In this document: positions 50,051 through 63,510 of the stretch, piece by piece
Layout of the letters: each line of letters starts with the position of its first letter
Numbering within the stretch: the first letter of the stretch is position 1
DNA from: Cirrosporium novae-zelandiae
Taxonomy: Eukaryota
Assembly (NCBI GenBank): GCA_026023565.1
Contig: JAPETS010000048.1
Location: 1-64,000 of the forward strand
Direction of reading: 5' to 3'
DNA: 64,000 nucleotides
The notes under the pieces: model-generated
Database searches by the model: none
What the model was told of the DNA's origin: nothing
Seen by the model: the letters and a program-made list of their open reading frames with translations, nothing else
Translations under genes and position numbers: made by a program

Positions 50051-51429
50051 ATGTTCCCTTCCATATTCTCTACCCGAAAGCCCAAAATGCCAGACTACAC
50101 CCGCCAAGCGTCCGAGCTGCTTCAACGGCTAGGGGATCCTTCAAGTACGCCAAAAGTGGGATTTCCACGTTCTGATATGATATCGGGTCCAAGAGCTTGT
50201 CTGTATGCTGACTTATTTGAGGATAGACCCAGCAAGACACAAATGAAGAGTTGGCAAAAGTGCTTGCGCAGATGAAATTAACAGTCCAAGGGACGCAAGG
50301 TTCGCAACCTAAATGTATATTTTTTTAGAAGATGGTTTTGAGGAGCAATACTAATTGCGATGAAATATCCAGAAACCGACTCCTCCCCCGAAGCTGTAAC
50401 ATCTCTGATCCAATCCATCGTTCAAACGGACCTCCTCTTTACCCTCGCCACTTCAATTCACCTCCTTCCGTTTGAATCGCGCAAAGACACCGTCTCGCTC
50501 TTCTCCAATATTCTACGCTTCAAGCCTCCGGGTTCCTCTCCCCAAAAGGAAGCACCCGCAATGTCCTACGTAACCCATACACGGCCGGAAATTCTTATAG
50601 AGCTCTGCCGAGGATATGAGCACCCTGCTACGGCAATGAGCTGTGGAATTATATTGCGGGAGGCGCTGCGGAGTGACCATGTCGCCGCAATCATTCTGTA
50701 TGATGAAAGTAAGGAGGGGGAAAAGGCATTGAGGTTGGAAAATGCAAGCGCAAATGTAAAAGCAACCGGAGAGGGAATCTTCTGGCAGTTTTTTAGATGG
50801 ATTGACCAGGGAGCTTTTGAAGTGAGCGCTGATGCGTTTTCAACATTCCGAGTATGTTTCTTCATGGCCCCCCTTCTTCCAACCCACTGACGTCTCTTCC
50901 AGGAAATCCTCACCCGGCACAAAAATCTGGTAGGACCTCCTTGCGCTCACTCCCACACAACTACTGACCCCCTCCCCCCCTCCAGGTTACAACCTACCTC
51001 TCGACCAATTTCGCGCATTTTTTTACACTATACAATACAACCCTAATCCTCTCCCCCTCATACGTGACCAAGCGACAAAGCATAAAACTACTTGGAGAGC
51101 TCCTCCTAGACCGAGCACACTACACAATAATGACGACGTACGTCTCTAGCGCCCCGCACCTGAAAACAATCATGAATCTCCTACGAGATGATCGCAAAAT
51201 GGTACAATACGAAGCGTTCCACGTATTCAAGGTCTTCGTCGCCAACCCAAACAAGAGTATCGAGGTGCAAAGAATCCTCATCAACAATCGCGGAAGGCTA
51301 TTGAGGTTCCTACCCCGGTTCCTCGAAGATCGCGTCGAGGACGAGCAGTTCATGGATGAGAAAAGCTTTCTTATTCGCCAGATTGAAATGCTGCCGCCGG
51401 AGCCGGTGGAGCCTGCGCAGGCGAGGTAG
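50051..51429 (+). CDS. hymA: Mo25/Hym1 family protein (HymA), multi-exon
   Basis: LPFESRKD, FEVSADAFSTFR/EILTRHK, YVTKRQSIKLLGELLLDR, QYEAFHVFKVFVANP, FMDEKSFLIRQI. Confidence 0.93.
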
Positions 51430-52020
51430 AATAGAAACGGAAATAATAAACGAGAAGAGAAACATAATTATTAGAATTTTTAAATGCTACAGAAAGAAGA
51501 AGCAAAACAGACCAAACAACAGATCCGGACGAGAATCCACAATACCACCTACCTCTACCTACCTGCCAGCACCGGAACCCCAAACCCAAGGCTCAACCCC
51601 CTTTACCTCTCCCAGTCTGTCTAATCTATTCAGTCCGACCTGGTGTCATACCTCTTAAAAAAAACAGAAACGTGAGAACAAAGAACAAAGTTCATCCCCA
51701 TACCCTACCTAACCTTTCCCCTTCCTCCCCTCCCTTACCTAACTGGCCCCGAACCGACTTATTACAACTGTTCAAACCGTCCATCTATTTAAACCTACTA
51801 TACATACATACCTAGGCATGAGACCTTGAAAGGAGTTTGGTTTGGTTTGATTTTGAGGGGTTTTTTTCTTCTTCTGGCTAGACTAGAAGAGAATTCAAAG
51901 GATCTGGGGGACTCTAGGGTTCGAGGTGGACAGGGGGGGGAAGGGGGGTTGGAGTTTGGGGGGTGGTTATTAATTATATGGTATCAATCAGGTCTGGTAT
52001 TCTTAGTATGTATCAGGTAT

Positions 52021-52061
52021 TAGGGATAGGAATAGGAATAGGGAATAGGGAATAGGGAATA
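52021..52061. repeat. (GGGAATA/GGAATA)n short tandem repeat
   Basis: TAGGGATAGGAATAGGAATAGGGAATAGGGAATAGGGAATA. Confidence 0.8.
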
Positions 52062-53322
52062 AGGCATTATATTAAATATTAAGTATTTTACTATTAGAAT
52101 CCATCCATCCATTCATCCCCTAACCCAAAATCAACCACTATTATTCCATATAGCAGCCGTGACAAGGGGGAAAGAGTAATGAAAGAAGGAAAGACAAAAG
52201 CACGAATAGGAAATATATGTCTATACTAGAAAAGAAAAGTTTTCGCAGAAAATGAATAAAGAAAATGATAACTGAAATTAATTATACTAGTAACCGTGTC
52301 TAGAGAATTTGACTTGAGTATGATCATAATTATAATTATATAGCATGTTCTTTACCTACTGTATACAAGTACAGTATCCAATCGATCAATCAATCAGTCA
52401 AGTACAGTACCTCCTTCTCTACCCTAGATATAAGTAGAGTAGAGTAGATACCTAGGTACGTATCTATATCTATAAAAACAGATATCCCGAACACGAAACC
52501 CCAATTCCAAATTCTAGTTCCAGTTCATTTATTTATTTATAATTACATCACACATCACACATATGGGAAAGAAAAGGGCTTGGGATTATAGTAGCTACAA
52601 CCAGTCCACAACCTACGGAGCCATTCTCTGAAACATATACTCTCGTAGAATAACCATAACCATAAATCCATGAGTTGCATCAAGTTACTGGAAACTAACT
52701 ACCCTTAGCGCACGATATAGCAGTAGCAGTACCGATCGATAACCATTCCATCACAACATTTAAAAAAAAAACACATGAAAAAAAAAGCACAAATTCCTCA
52801 TACATAAAGGAAGAAAGTAAGTAAGTGGGTATCAATCAATGGGTGGGTCAACAAAAAGTGTTTTTTTTTTTCGCCTTTTTCAAATCTCCGTCTCTCCCAT
52901 CCATTTCAATTCAATTCAGTCATTCAACCATCCATCCGATTAATATTTTTGCTTTTCCTTTTCCCTTTTCCCTTTTTTTTTTAGTTTTCTTGCTGTTTGT
53001 AGCTCTTCGATGGATAAAACGAGCAGAGCAGGAGCTGATAACCATCTTCATGAGGAACAAACACGTCACGTCACATTAAATAAAGGGGGAAAGGGGAAAT
53101 ATGAAAAGTCGCTCTTTCTGGTTTCATAGCAAAAAAAAAGAGGGGAAAGCGAAAAAGAAAATCCATATTAATTATACAACGCCAGCACCATGTCATGCCA
53201 TACCATGGAAAATGAGCGTTATTGGATATGTGAGCATGAAATGGGAATCATTGTGAAACCCTTGGGTTTCTCTTCCTCTCTTTCTCTCCTCCAGCCCCTT
53301 TCAGGAGAACTCCCCTTTCTGT

Positions 53323-54491
53323 TTAGATATTCTGGATATTTTGGGCATTAATAGCTGTATCAAACCCTTGAACACCGCTGCTTGAGCCCTCACCAGCAGC
53401 AAAGCTCTGCAAATCTGATGGATTCATCGTCTGGTTATTAGCTGGAAGGAAGATGACCTTGCTGTTGGCAGTTTTCGCCATCGCCTGCATAGCTTCGAGG
53501 TATCTGATTTGCATGGCCGGAGCACTGCTGAGGATGTCAGCGGCCTGGCGCATGAGTTTGGCGGATTCGACTTCAGCGCGCGCTGCAATGACTTTGGATT
53601 CGCCGATACGCTTCGATTGCGCTGCCATGGAGAGGGATTCCTGTAACTCGTGGGAGAAAATAATATCCTTGATGAGCATGGATTCGACCTGCACGCCCCA
53701 GCCACCGGCAACATCCTCGATGATTTCCCCGATGGATTGCGCGATTTCCTCGCGCCGTTCGATCACGTCTTGGAGGACCCTTGCGCCGACTACATGTCTG
53801 AGAGTTGTCTGGGTTCTCTCTATGAGCGCCTGGCGCACGTTGCTGATTCCAAATGCCGCCTTGTGGGGACTAGAGATTTGGTAGTAGATGACGCTCGTCA
53901 GTTGAACGGTGACATTGTCCTTGGTCATGCAGACCTGCTGGGGAACTTCGACAATTTGGATCTTGACATCGACCTGGATGAGGCGCTCGGAGAGAGGGTT
54001 GACGCGAACGAGACCGGGGTCGACGGCTCTAGTAAAGCGACCGAAACGGGTGACAAGGCCCACGTTTCCTTGCCCTACGGGCTTGTAGGGGTTGGGGCAA
54101 ACGATGCAGCAAGGAACTGCGCCGCAGAAACCGATACACGAGCCGAGGGTATTGACTATGAGGATGAATGTTAGTTTGTTTGCAAGGAGATGAAGCGCAA
54201 ACAGTACTCAATGGAAATTGCATTATGAGAATGACACACGACAAGTACACAGTAACAAAAAGAGGGAAACGTACTCATGTTCCCATACCACCCATGCGTA
54301 GTAGGATCATCACCTTCAAGCGTTTGCGCATATGAAGGTTGAAGATCCTGGCGTCTTGGAGGTTGGACTGTGATAACACCCTGGGGAGCATTTGAGGGCT
54401 TAAACCCAGTCGACTCAACAGGTCTGGAGCCATTAACCAGAGGCTTGGTGTCGGCGCTGCTAGATGCTTGAGTCTCCAGTGCAGATGACAT
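53323..54491 (-). CDS. Stomatin / SPFH (band 7) family protein, 2 exons
   Basis: CGAVPCCIVCPNPY, GLVTRFGRF, MTKDNV, QTTLRHVVGARVLQD, AMQIRYLEAMQ. Confidence 0.95.
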
Positions 54492-55983
54492 TGTGATAAT
54501 TTATTGATGATATCGTATCGTATTGTTGAAGTGAGAAAAACGGGAAAATTGGTTCAGAATGGAAGAATTTAATTGGTGTATTCTTACAATACGATAGAAG
54601 TAAAGATATTCGAGGATAAATGGAGAGTTGATGTGAAGGGGTTGGTCAAAGGGTGATGGTAAAAGGTGGGAATGGGGGGGGGGGATCAAAGAGGTGACGT
54701 TGATGAGGTTAAATAGTAGGAGCTCCAAGACTACACCTATCTATCCCTTTGGAGCTCCCCGCAATTTACTTTAAAGTGTATGGCAAGGCATATTGGAAGG
54801 GTTAAGGCTGGGTACCTAGGTAGGTAACTAGAGAATTCCTCAATTATTCCTTTTGTTCTTTGAAGGCTGTTTTTGGGGCCTTTTGGGGCCTTTTTGGGCT
54901 TTCGGCCTTCTTTTGGGCCTCAAGTCCTCAGCAGACCAGTAGGTCTTCCCCGAAACCGGGGGCGCAGCAAGGGTCTAAGCTTAATGTTTAAGAAATAATC
55001 TCCTGCATTCTAGGTATCAGTGTCATGCCGTATTCCTTCGCCTACTCTATGTCTACATATATCGCTCATATAAACACTTTAGGCAAATAACCAACCTCAG
55101 GTGAAAATGATATACTTCATCTTGGTCAAGATCACCAATGATATGAATCGGGTGACAGGTAACCTGGTTGCTGTATCACATTAGTTTGAGGTAATACCAG
55201 TCCTACTGAGTAGAAGGGGGGCTGTGCAATCATCATTGCCAGCCGAGACCTTTTGTCCTTTTGTCCTTTTGGAAGGTGACCAGTGAAGGAAGGCAGTGCT
55301 GATTGGAGAATCCAACAGCTATCCAAAGTAAGGCTAGAAAGGGAACCATGCCGCTGATGGAAATATTCCAGAAGTCTTCTTCTTCCATCATCTTTGATCT
55401 GCTGCGGTATTGTTGGGCCTCACTTCCCCCAGGACACCCATCTCCCTGCGACCGATACTCTACATTATTAATAATGTATATCATTATAAAAAAAAAACTA
55501 AACAACCTGAAATCTTAAATAGTGTACAAGTCAATCCCAGCACCAACGCAAAAAAAAAGTCTATGTTATCTTGATGACCCAGTGAAATGCAAGACTGAAT
55601 AGGAGTAGGGGAGGGGACAAGTGGGATATGAACAAGGCAAAGAATAAGTCGAGCCGTTGCTTCGTCTGTGTAGTTGTCCACCATCTTCCCTCTACCCTTG
55701 TATATGCAGTCTCCGCTACCTAGAGCAAATGATCCAAAGCGCCCTGCCTTCATCGAGTCATGCATTCTTCCCATTACCCATCGTTCCTAAAACGCACCAT
55801 CAGATCCCTTGCCACCCAAAGATGGAAAATGTCCAGTTGTTCAAAAGCATGCAGTGTATAACGTTGCCAAATAAGGCAGCAAGGCAAGTTGAAAGGATAA
55901 ACAAATCAGTTCCAGTCTGATATGTAGAGTACCTCTTTCCAATTTCATCTAGCAGAGAAAAATCTTAAAGGTCTCTCACTTGC

Positions 55984-57157
55984 CTATGCCTTTCTTCTCC
56001 TCACCACCTTCTTCTCAATAACAATCGCCCCCTTGTCGTCACGGCTGACTTTGACGTTCGCGAGGTCATCTGAAGACGACGAAGCGGCATCGACCAACTC
56101 TGGTGGAACCCTTGACACTATATTCATCGAGACCTTCCTTGTTGGTTGAGGAGTGCGGAACCTCTTCAGAACGGTATCGATCATCTTTGTAAACCAGAAA
56201 TAGTTGAGCGCATTCAACGTTAGATTGCTGCCCAGATATACAATCGCTAGCCAGATAGGTACAAAGGCATCTTCGGCGAATTGTACTACTTCCGTCCTTG
56301 CAGCTATGAGTTTGTCAAAGGTTTGGTCATCGACCAAATTCAGGTTGTGAGCCTTGCTCCATTCGAAGGTGGATTGGAGAATGTCGATGCCGGGGTTGCG
56401 CAAAGCGTTCCAAACATCATGATAGACTTTCGCAGATTGCCAGGTCCCCCAGACCAAGCGACATCCGAAAAATACTCCCAGGAGTGCCATACCGTTATAC
56501 CACTGAGGTCGAGATCCAGTCATATTGAGTTTATCGAAGAACCAGTGAAAGTTGAGGAATGGAGACGAAAGTTCGTAGAGGATAAAGGTCGGACCGTAAA
56601 AGTTTAGGAATGGTCTCTGAGTGCGCCATTAGCCTTGCCATGTACACCAGAGGTTCGAGTCAAACCAAACATACAAATCCTAAACTGAAGACGGCCAAAG
56701 CAGAGACGGCATGAGCAAGCAATCCCCATCCAAATATATTGACATATCTGGCACTGATAATCAAATCCCATAGGAAATAGCCGGCGGCAAATCCCTGAAT
56801 CATACCGCCAGCGCCAGTATATCCAAACACCCTCCCCGCCCAGTCTAAATTCTTCCTCTCCTGATCTATCTGCATCACCCATAACGCCAATATACTGATG
56901 AGAGTCGACTGGACGAGAGAGACGACATGAACATCCCAGTTGAGTTTGGTGCGCTTGTTGAGGTTGGGATATATTGAAGGGAATAGATAGGTTGATAGGC
57001 GAGGGGAAATGTAGCTTTGCGTCAGCTGGTAAAAGACAAGAGATACGAGGACCTCATGCGCATGTAGGGGCAGCGACTGCAGGGAGCATGAGTCGGCGAT
57101 GCGCTGGGCGTATTTGACGATAACGTCGGGGGAGGCAAAAGGGATCGGATCGAGCAT
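55984..57157 (-). CDS. TLC-domain membrane protein (TMEM56/Tda4-like), 2 exons
   Basis: NWDVHVVSLVQS, AAGYFLWDL, LAHA, FILYELSSPFLNFHWFFDK, FFGCRLVWG, LNYFWFTKMI. Confidence 0.92.
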
Positions 57158-58217
57158 GTTGAAAGGGACCTATCGCGATAAGGACAGCGAGGGTTCAGAT
57201 AGCCAGACAAGAACATTCAAGAAAGAAATAGGGAGAGGAGAAACATTATATTATTTATTTTCTTTGGAGAGGAGTAGTTAAATGGGCGTTGTGTTCGCCA
57301 ATGGTGAAGCAAATCACGCGTCGATGGTCCCTTGGCCCTTTTGATTTGAAGGTCATTCCCTCCAGGCAAATTGTTGGGGAATGATTGATTCTTTAGAGTT
57401 TAGTTTGTATGGTCTGTCCCGAAGACCGACGGTCAGCCTAATAATCAGAATAAGATGGAGGAAAGACCATAGTAGGGCAGAGTTAGTCGACAGCCCTACT
57501 TTGAACAACGTAATTAATTCAAATTATTCCCATCATCAAAAATATACACTGAAGTTAACTTATGTACCCCAGATCCAGCGGAAAAGACAAGAATCATGTA
57601 TCCATTCTTTGGACCTGGTCTAGTGGCTTTGAATGAACAGTGCACCAGATGGAATCAGGCCATCAAATCTTGCGTCTGGTACCTTGGAGGGATGCCTGAT
57701 AGGATACTAGTTCGGTACAGCGTTCAGTACTAGACCACGCACTAAGGAATCCTTATTCAATGAGCTAAATCATTAATCTGCATAATTTTCATTTTGATAT
57801 TCTGTAATGAGGCGGAAGCGGCTCTAGTTCCCCTGCCAACAGCCAGCCCTATTGCATGGAGCATATATATACAATCATTAATCCTCATAAAAAACGAATA
57901 AAGAAATACCAAGGGATACAAACACGTGACACGGCAAGCCATTCCACAATTTACTTTTACATTCCCAACATTTCTCAATAGGATTCATTTTCATATCAAC
58001 TTGACGTCATAACTTGACTTCATAACTACCGAGGTAGGCTATCCGCAGAACCTAGAAAACGTCCCTATTTCACTATCCATGCCATCTGTAGTCATAACTC
58101 GACTATCCACGCAAACTAGAAAAAACCCTGTTTCGTCGTCCTAGGAGTCCATAGTCACAACCATGCCATTCCAATGATACCAATAATACCATCAACACCT
58201 TCACGCAGGATACATGG

Positions 58218-60722
58218 TCAAATAGTAGAAGTAGTAGAAGTAGAGTCTGTGTCATCCAAGAGGGCGTCTTCATCGGAGGGGGCTTCCTCCGCCCAAGGGC
58301 ATGGCGTTCCGTTAGGGTCAGCGAGATATGCGTGAATTAATTTTCGGCCACGCTTCGTTCTCTGAAGCCGCCTCTTTTTTTCCACAGCTCTTCTGACCAT
58401 TGCCTGACGTTCACTAAATTGACGGGCATACGAGCTACGTGGCCGTTCGGGGGAACTTGGACCATTTTCATTGCTATTTCCATAGTTATTCTCATAGTTA
58501 TTTTCATTGGCACTGGACGACGTTGCACAGGCAGAAGGATATTCGGATCCTGAAGCATTCACACTTGCTATGCGATCATCAATGCTATCATAGGTAGCAG
58601 GACATTGACCCTGGTTATAGGCATTGGATGTGAGAGGGGCAGAAGAAAGTGGTGTTCTGTGAATCACGGTTTCACAACGCTTAGAAGATGATGGTCGGGC
58701 CTCTATCAAATCTTCTTTCGCAGTCTTATAGTTACTTGCTTCTGCATGAACATTAGCGGCCATGACGCTGGGAGGAGAGGCAGTGTTATTCTCAGCCTCC
58801 CGAGAGGCCTGCCGTCGGGATTCCGCCTTCGAGTCAATGGGGAGGGGACGAGGACGACGTCGTCTATTGGCGATTGGTTGAGCCGGAGATGAAGTCGAAG
58901 AAGCACGGCTCAGGATTTCCGAGGAACTTATTGAAGAACCTGCCGAATCTATAGGAAGGGTAATATCGGAATTTCCAGCCTGTGATGTAGAAGGTAAATT
59001 CTCCATTGAACTCGAAGCCTCAGATTCTGCAGGAAGAGTAGGCAAATAAGGTAGAACGCCATATCTTGTGGGTGATAATATGGAGCGGCTATTGGATGTT
59101 TGGTCGCCATACATTGGTAGTCCCAATTGCTCCCCTATTCGAATCTGGTATGTCAACTCGTCGACCAGACGTTTTATGTATGATTTACATGCCACATTAT
59201 TGTGTAGCGTTTCTGGAAGCCCGCCAAGTTCATCGAATGTGTTATTGATTTTATCGAGCGCTTCTCGGGGGTAGTATTCGCATGCTAGAAATTGCGCCAG
59301 TCTTTTGTGGGTTTCAGCTGCGGCAGCGGCGGCTACTTCGAATTTATCAGAGGTGTAGAATTCTGGGTTAGACCATGCAGTCTGCTGTCCAATTTTTTCC
59401 ACGAAGCAGGTCTGAGACGTCTTTAATATTGTTGGCCCTGACAAGGACGTATGGCTGGACGTCAATTCCGCTGTTAACAGTTCTAGAAAGCAGCGACCAA
59501 GTAATTCCTCGACATCAAGCATAGCTGCTGAATGCGAATGGCTAACTGTCTTAAGATCGATATGGACCCTGATAGCTGTGAACTTCTTTTGTCCTAGGTT
59601 GAGTGTAGTGACGTTGTCGCCTATCAGGACATTGAAATAACATCCGGGGGCTGGCGAGAGCCTCAAATTTAGATTTTTAAGTCCACCTACCGGTAGATGC
59701 ATATCGCACAGTAATGCTTCTATAATGTTTTGCCGCTCAACAGTAGCATCGGTTGCATTTGCCTTAGATGTGGCACCTAACTGATGCGAAGGACCCGACT
59801 TGGTGCCCGAGAAAGATAAAGGACCGAAGTGCGACCCATCCCCGAGTCCGTGTGGGGAGCCATGCCATCGCACCACTCCGGGGCAAATAGTGTGTATCTG
59901 GATATGGTGGGAATAATCACTCCTCTTGATAATGGGCAGCCTGGATGATATCACGATTACATGACCAGTGACAATGGTGCATCCTTTATGGGTGTCTTCG
60001 TTCCATCCCTGTAGAACCTCCTTGTTTGCAGCCCTTAAAACTTTCTCAAAGTTTCTTTGATGCGCTGCCGGCTTTTTTGAAGCTACAACAAGAGCATCTA
60101 AGAACTGGCGGACGTTGCTTAGGTTTATGTTCTGCAGTTGCATGCGGGGAGGAGGGGAGAGAAAGGAGTTGTGAACTATAAACATTGCCAACTTATCATG
60201 TCCTGCACATGAATTTGCGATACTCCAAGAGATATCCTTGGCAGCCTGTAAAGCATTTGGGGAGGTAAAGAAACTTATAGCCAGGCAAGAGTTAGTTGTC
60301 TCTCAAGGCTATTATCAATGTTAGGCTGGTACTCACGAATTATCTATGATGATGGCAATCTGAAGCCCATTTTTGACCTGATCACATACTTTGATATCAG
60401 ATTGTGGTAATTCCAAGGCGACCTCGATGCCAACCCAGAAGTCTTCTGGGCTTTCATCATCAATGTAACGAAACTCAGGAAAGACCCGAAGTACAGGTGT
60501 AGCAATCATAGAGGGGGTGGCCTTTAGGATAGGGTTTAACGGCTTTTGAGGTCCACTAGTTTCTGCCGAGTTGAATTCACATTGAGGTGGCTGCGGGAAA
60601 GAGCCGATTGTTTGTGTGTAGGAATCATCCACCACGTCGGTGGATGATTGCGGCCGTCGAGACCTCGTTGAGAACTTTCTGACGAGGGCCTTTGACGCCC
60701 TCTGGGAGAGTTTTCGAATCAT
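58218..60722 (-). CDS. Hypothetical protein with a degenerate vWA-like region, 2 exons
   Basis: ORF 60333-60722 ending LQIAIIIDNS at a GTGAGT donor, spliced into the 657-aa ORF; GHVIVISS, IQIHTICPG; Ser-rich C-terminus. Confidence 0.7.
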
Positions 60723-61654
60723 AGTTGGAACTCTTTGAAGTCACTCATAGTCAGTAACGACTGTTCATCTTCGCCAGATGGCGTCTCAAGATCTCAAATT
60801 GGAAAGGGTAAACTCTTACTTACTCGATCTTTTCTAGGAAGCTTAGGTAGGATAGGAGTTGCAACTTCCTTGATGAAATAAGATGTGAGAATGGTAGGAA
60901 GTTTGGGTTATAAATGAGAGAAAGAGGAAGGGGCATGAAACTGTTCTAATTCACACTGAACTGGAATCAGGCAACGACACGGATAGTGTCTCGCCCCCGT
61001 TAGGACTAGTGCCTAGGGACAATGGCCTGTAAATTTACGCCACCCTAGAGGCGTGAACATCGCATAGCTATAGTACGGTTGCTGGAAATTAGTATTTATA
61101 TTTCTAAATGAATATTTCTATCACTCTGCCCGAAGGCTCTGAGTTGACTTTAATGGATGCTCATTTTCGTTCGAAGATTTCGGGGTCGTGAGCTCTACCC
61201 CCTTGGTATATTCGTTCCTGGCACATTTGAAATTTTGGCCACTCATTCATTTTGCTGGAAGACCTCCCTGCCATCATCTGGTCAGTGGTGAGTTTCGTTC
61301 TTCATCTTTGCAATTATAAGTCGCCATTTTCATCTCCACTCTCCTATTGCTAGCTGCAGAAATGACTGGAAGTCTGCTAATGCCCTAGGAGCTTAGATGT
61401 GACGGCAATCATACCAATATCCCAGTGTTTTATAGGGTCTCTTGGGGAACAAGAAGCCCGTATCTTATAAGCATGATGCCAACTCAGATCCATTACCCTT
61501 TAGAACTTGTGGGGTTGCTGATCCTGCAAGGATATCAATGACAAGGGCCTTCTGGGAGTTGAAAGTTTCTCTGGGGGCTGGGAGTATCTGGCTGGTCTTT
61601 AGGTGCCCATTTGACCTCTTCTTATCTTGATTTGTGGAGGTATCAAACTCTTGA

Positions 61655-62792
61655 CTATGCGACAGAACCAGCTCCAACACCCTTCTTCAACGACTGCCTT
61701 GCCTGATCAATTAACTCCTGGTCCATATTCTTAAAGCGGATCTACGTTCAAGTCAGAACTTTTCTCGCTGCATCGAAAGGGGTATATGATATATAAGTCA
61801 TGTCCCCAAGACACCTACCATATTGTCCCCCTGCGCGGCGTTGCCATAGAGCACAGCATCTGACACGCTTGCCTCGATACCCGCCTTTGCGCGCATTTCC
61901 CACACACCTTCCCAGTTCCATTCACCTGGGCGCCTGGCTCCCGACCCCCTTTGCTTTGGGGATACATGGCCTCGATATGTTCGCCAAGCATGCCAAGCAT
62001 TGGGATTGCCTGCGGCCTCAAAAGGGATTGAGTCCAGGACAGCTATATCATCAAATGATGAGCGTATATATTGCAAAATTTCCACAATAGATATATCTTT
62101 ACGAGGCATTCTCTCAGAAATAGACTTGACCGATGGAAGTCCACGGGGGGATGAAGGATTACTTCCAGGAGGGGTGGCTCTTGCTGAACTGTCGGAATCC
62201 TTGCGCGATTCTCCAGCAGTCGAAGTCCCATCTTCGGGCGGTCCTACACTAAAGGAAGACCCGCTGACATTTCGCGATGTTTTGGCAGACGTCGTGGTGC
62301 TCGAAGTCCTCTTCGCGAACCAGTGTGGGAAGCCATGCCTCAAGCCAAACCCACCTGGAGGCAGTCTTTCTTCGTCGGTTGCACTGACAGTATCTGAATC
62401 GGCTGTGCCAGCACTATACGTATATGTGGTTAGAGACACCAGCAACGGATGGAACATGTCCGTGTTGAATGTCACCAGCGGTGCTGCATCTGGGTAATTA
62501 GGAGGAAAGGCGATTTCGAAACGTAAGATGGCTGGCGCATATGGACCTGAAATATGTGTTGGCCAATTACTTGAATGCCAAAAATTATATAATCCCCACC
62601 TTTCCGTATGAAGAGAATACCAGACCAGACCGTGGGATCACCAGGGGTGAGGCTCAGGTAGAATCCATCTGGGGATGTCTGCTTTAGGCTCGCGCTGCAA
62701 CCAAAATGTTACCTCTTGTTTTCAGACTGTGGGAGCATTGCATACAACTCCACCAGCAGATTCTGTCTTCGAAACGATTGTAGGAGAGACAT
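61655..62792 (-). CDS. Ubiquitin-conjugating enzyme variant (UEV), AKTIP/FTS-like, multi-exon
   Basis: RRQNLLVEF, GFYLSLTPGDPTVWSGILFIRK/GPYAPAILRFEIAFPPNYP..PLVTFNTDMFHPL; no catalytic Cys after HP; last exon IRFKNMDQ...GSVA*. Confidence 0.85.
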
Positions 62793-63510
62793 GTTGTTGT
62801 GGAGCTTGAAAATTATGTTTGAGTGCTCGTCCTTGATTTTATCATTGATAAGTTTATATTGAATAGTACTTGATTTTGAATAGCGAATACGAAGTTGGAA
62901 TTCACGTATTAGAATTCACGTGTTAGCGTTGGTCGCTTAAGTGCCCAATTGCGTGAAAGACGTAAATAGCCGGCCGTAGGAAGAGCAGTTTTGCTTTCCA
63001 GGACCCCCATGTGGGCCCCTGAACATTTCTTGATGGACACGGGACGACACAGGAGATTCTTTCACAGCACACATCTGTCAATTCCTTCTTCGCCAATGAG
63101 ATGCATTCTATCTATGTGGATTTTATGATTACATTCATCGTCCATGTTTTTGATCTCCCGGATGTTCCAACAGTCATAGATCAAATATCATTACTCGAGA
63201 TTGACAAGTTCTTTCGGAAATCGCTATTTCTTCGATTATGTAAATAAAGAAGGGGAGTCTATGACATTTCATACAATTGACAGCCGTTGTTCCATTCCCC
63301 TAATCCATATAAACTTATCGAAGAAAGACCAACCGGATATTCGCAAAACAAGAAAAACGAAATGCAGACAGACACATTATAGACCACAAGACCATCCGAA
63401 CATCATGCAAACGTTGTCGACTTCCTCCTTCACAGCAATCCTACGCACGCCAACATCGAAATGAAAACTGACTTTGAAGTAGACTGAAAAGCTGACCATC
63501 CCTCGATCAA

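Noticed and set aside
53453..54174. Long antisense ORFs over the stomatin gene (and similar ones over INCENP, the NLR and CDC45)
   Set aside because: Explained by codon bias on the sense strand; no independent protein features
54868..54920. (TTTTGGGGCC)-like repeats resembling a variant telomere
   Set aside because: Short and degenerate, does not match TTAGGG; treated as a simple promoter microsatellite
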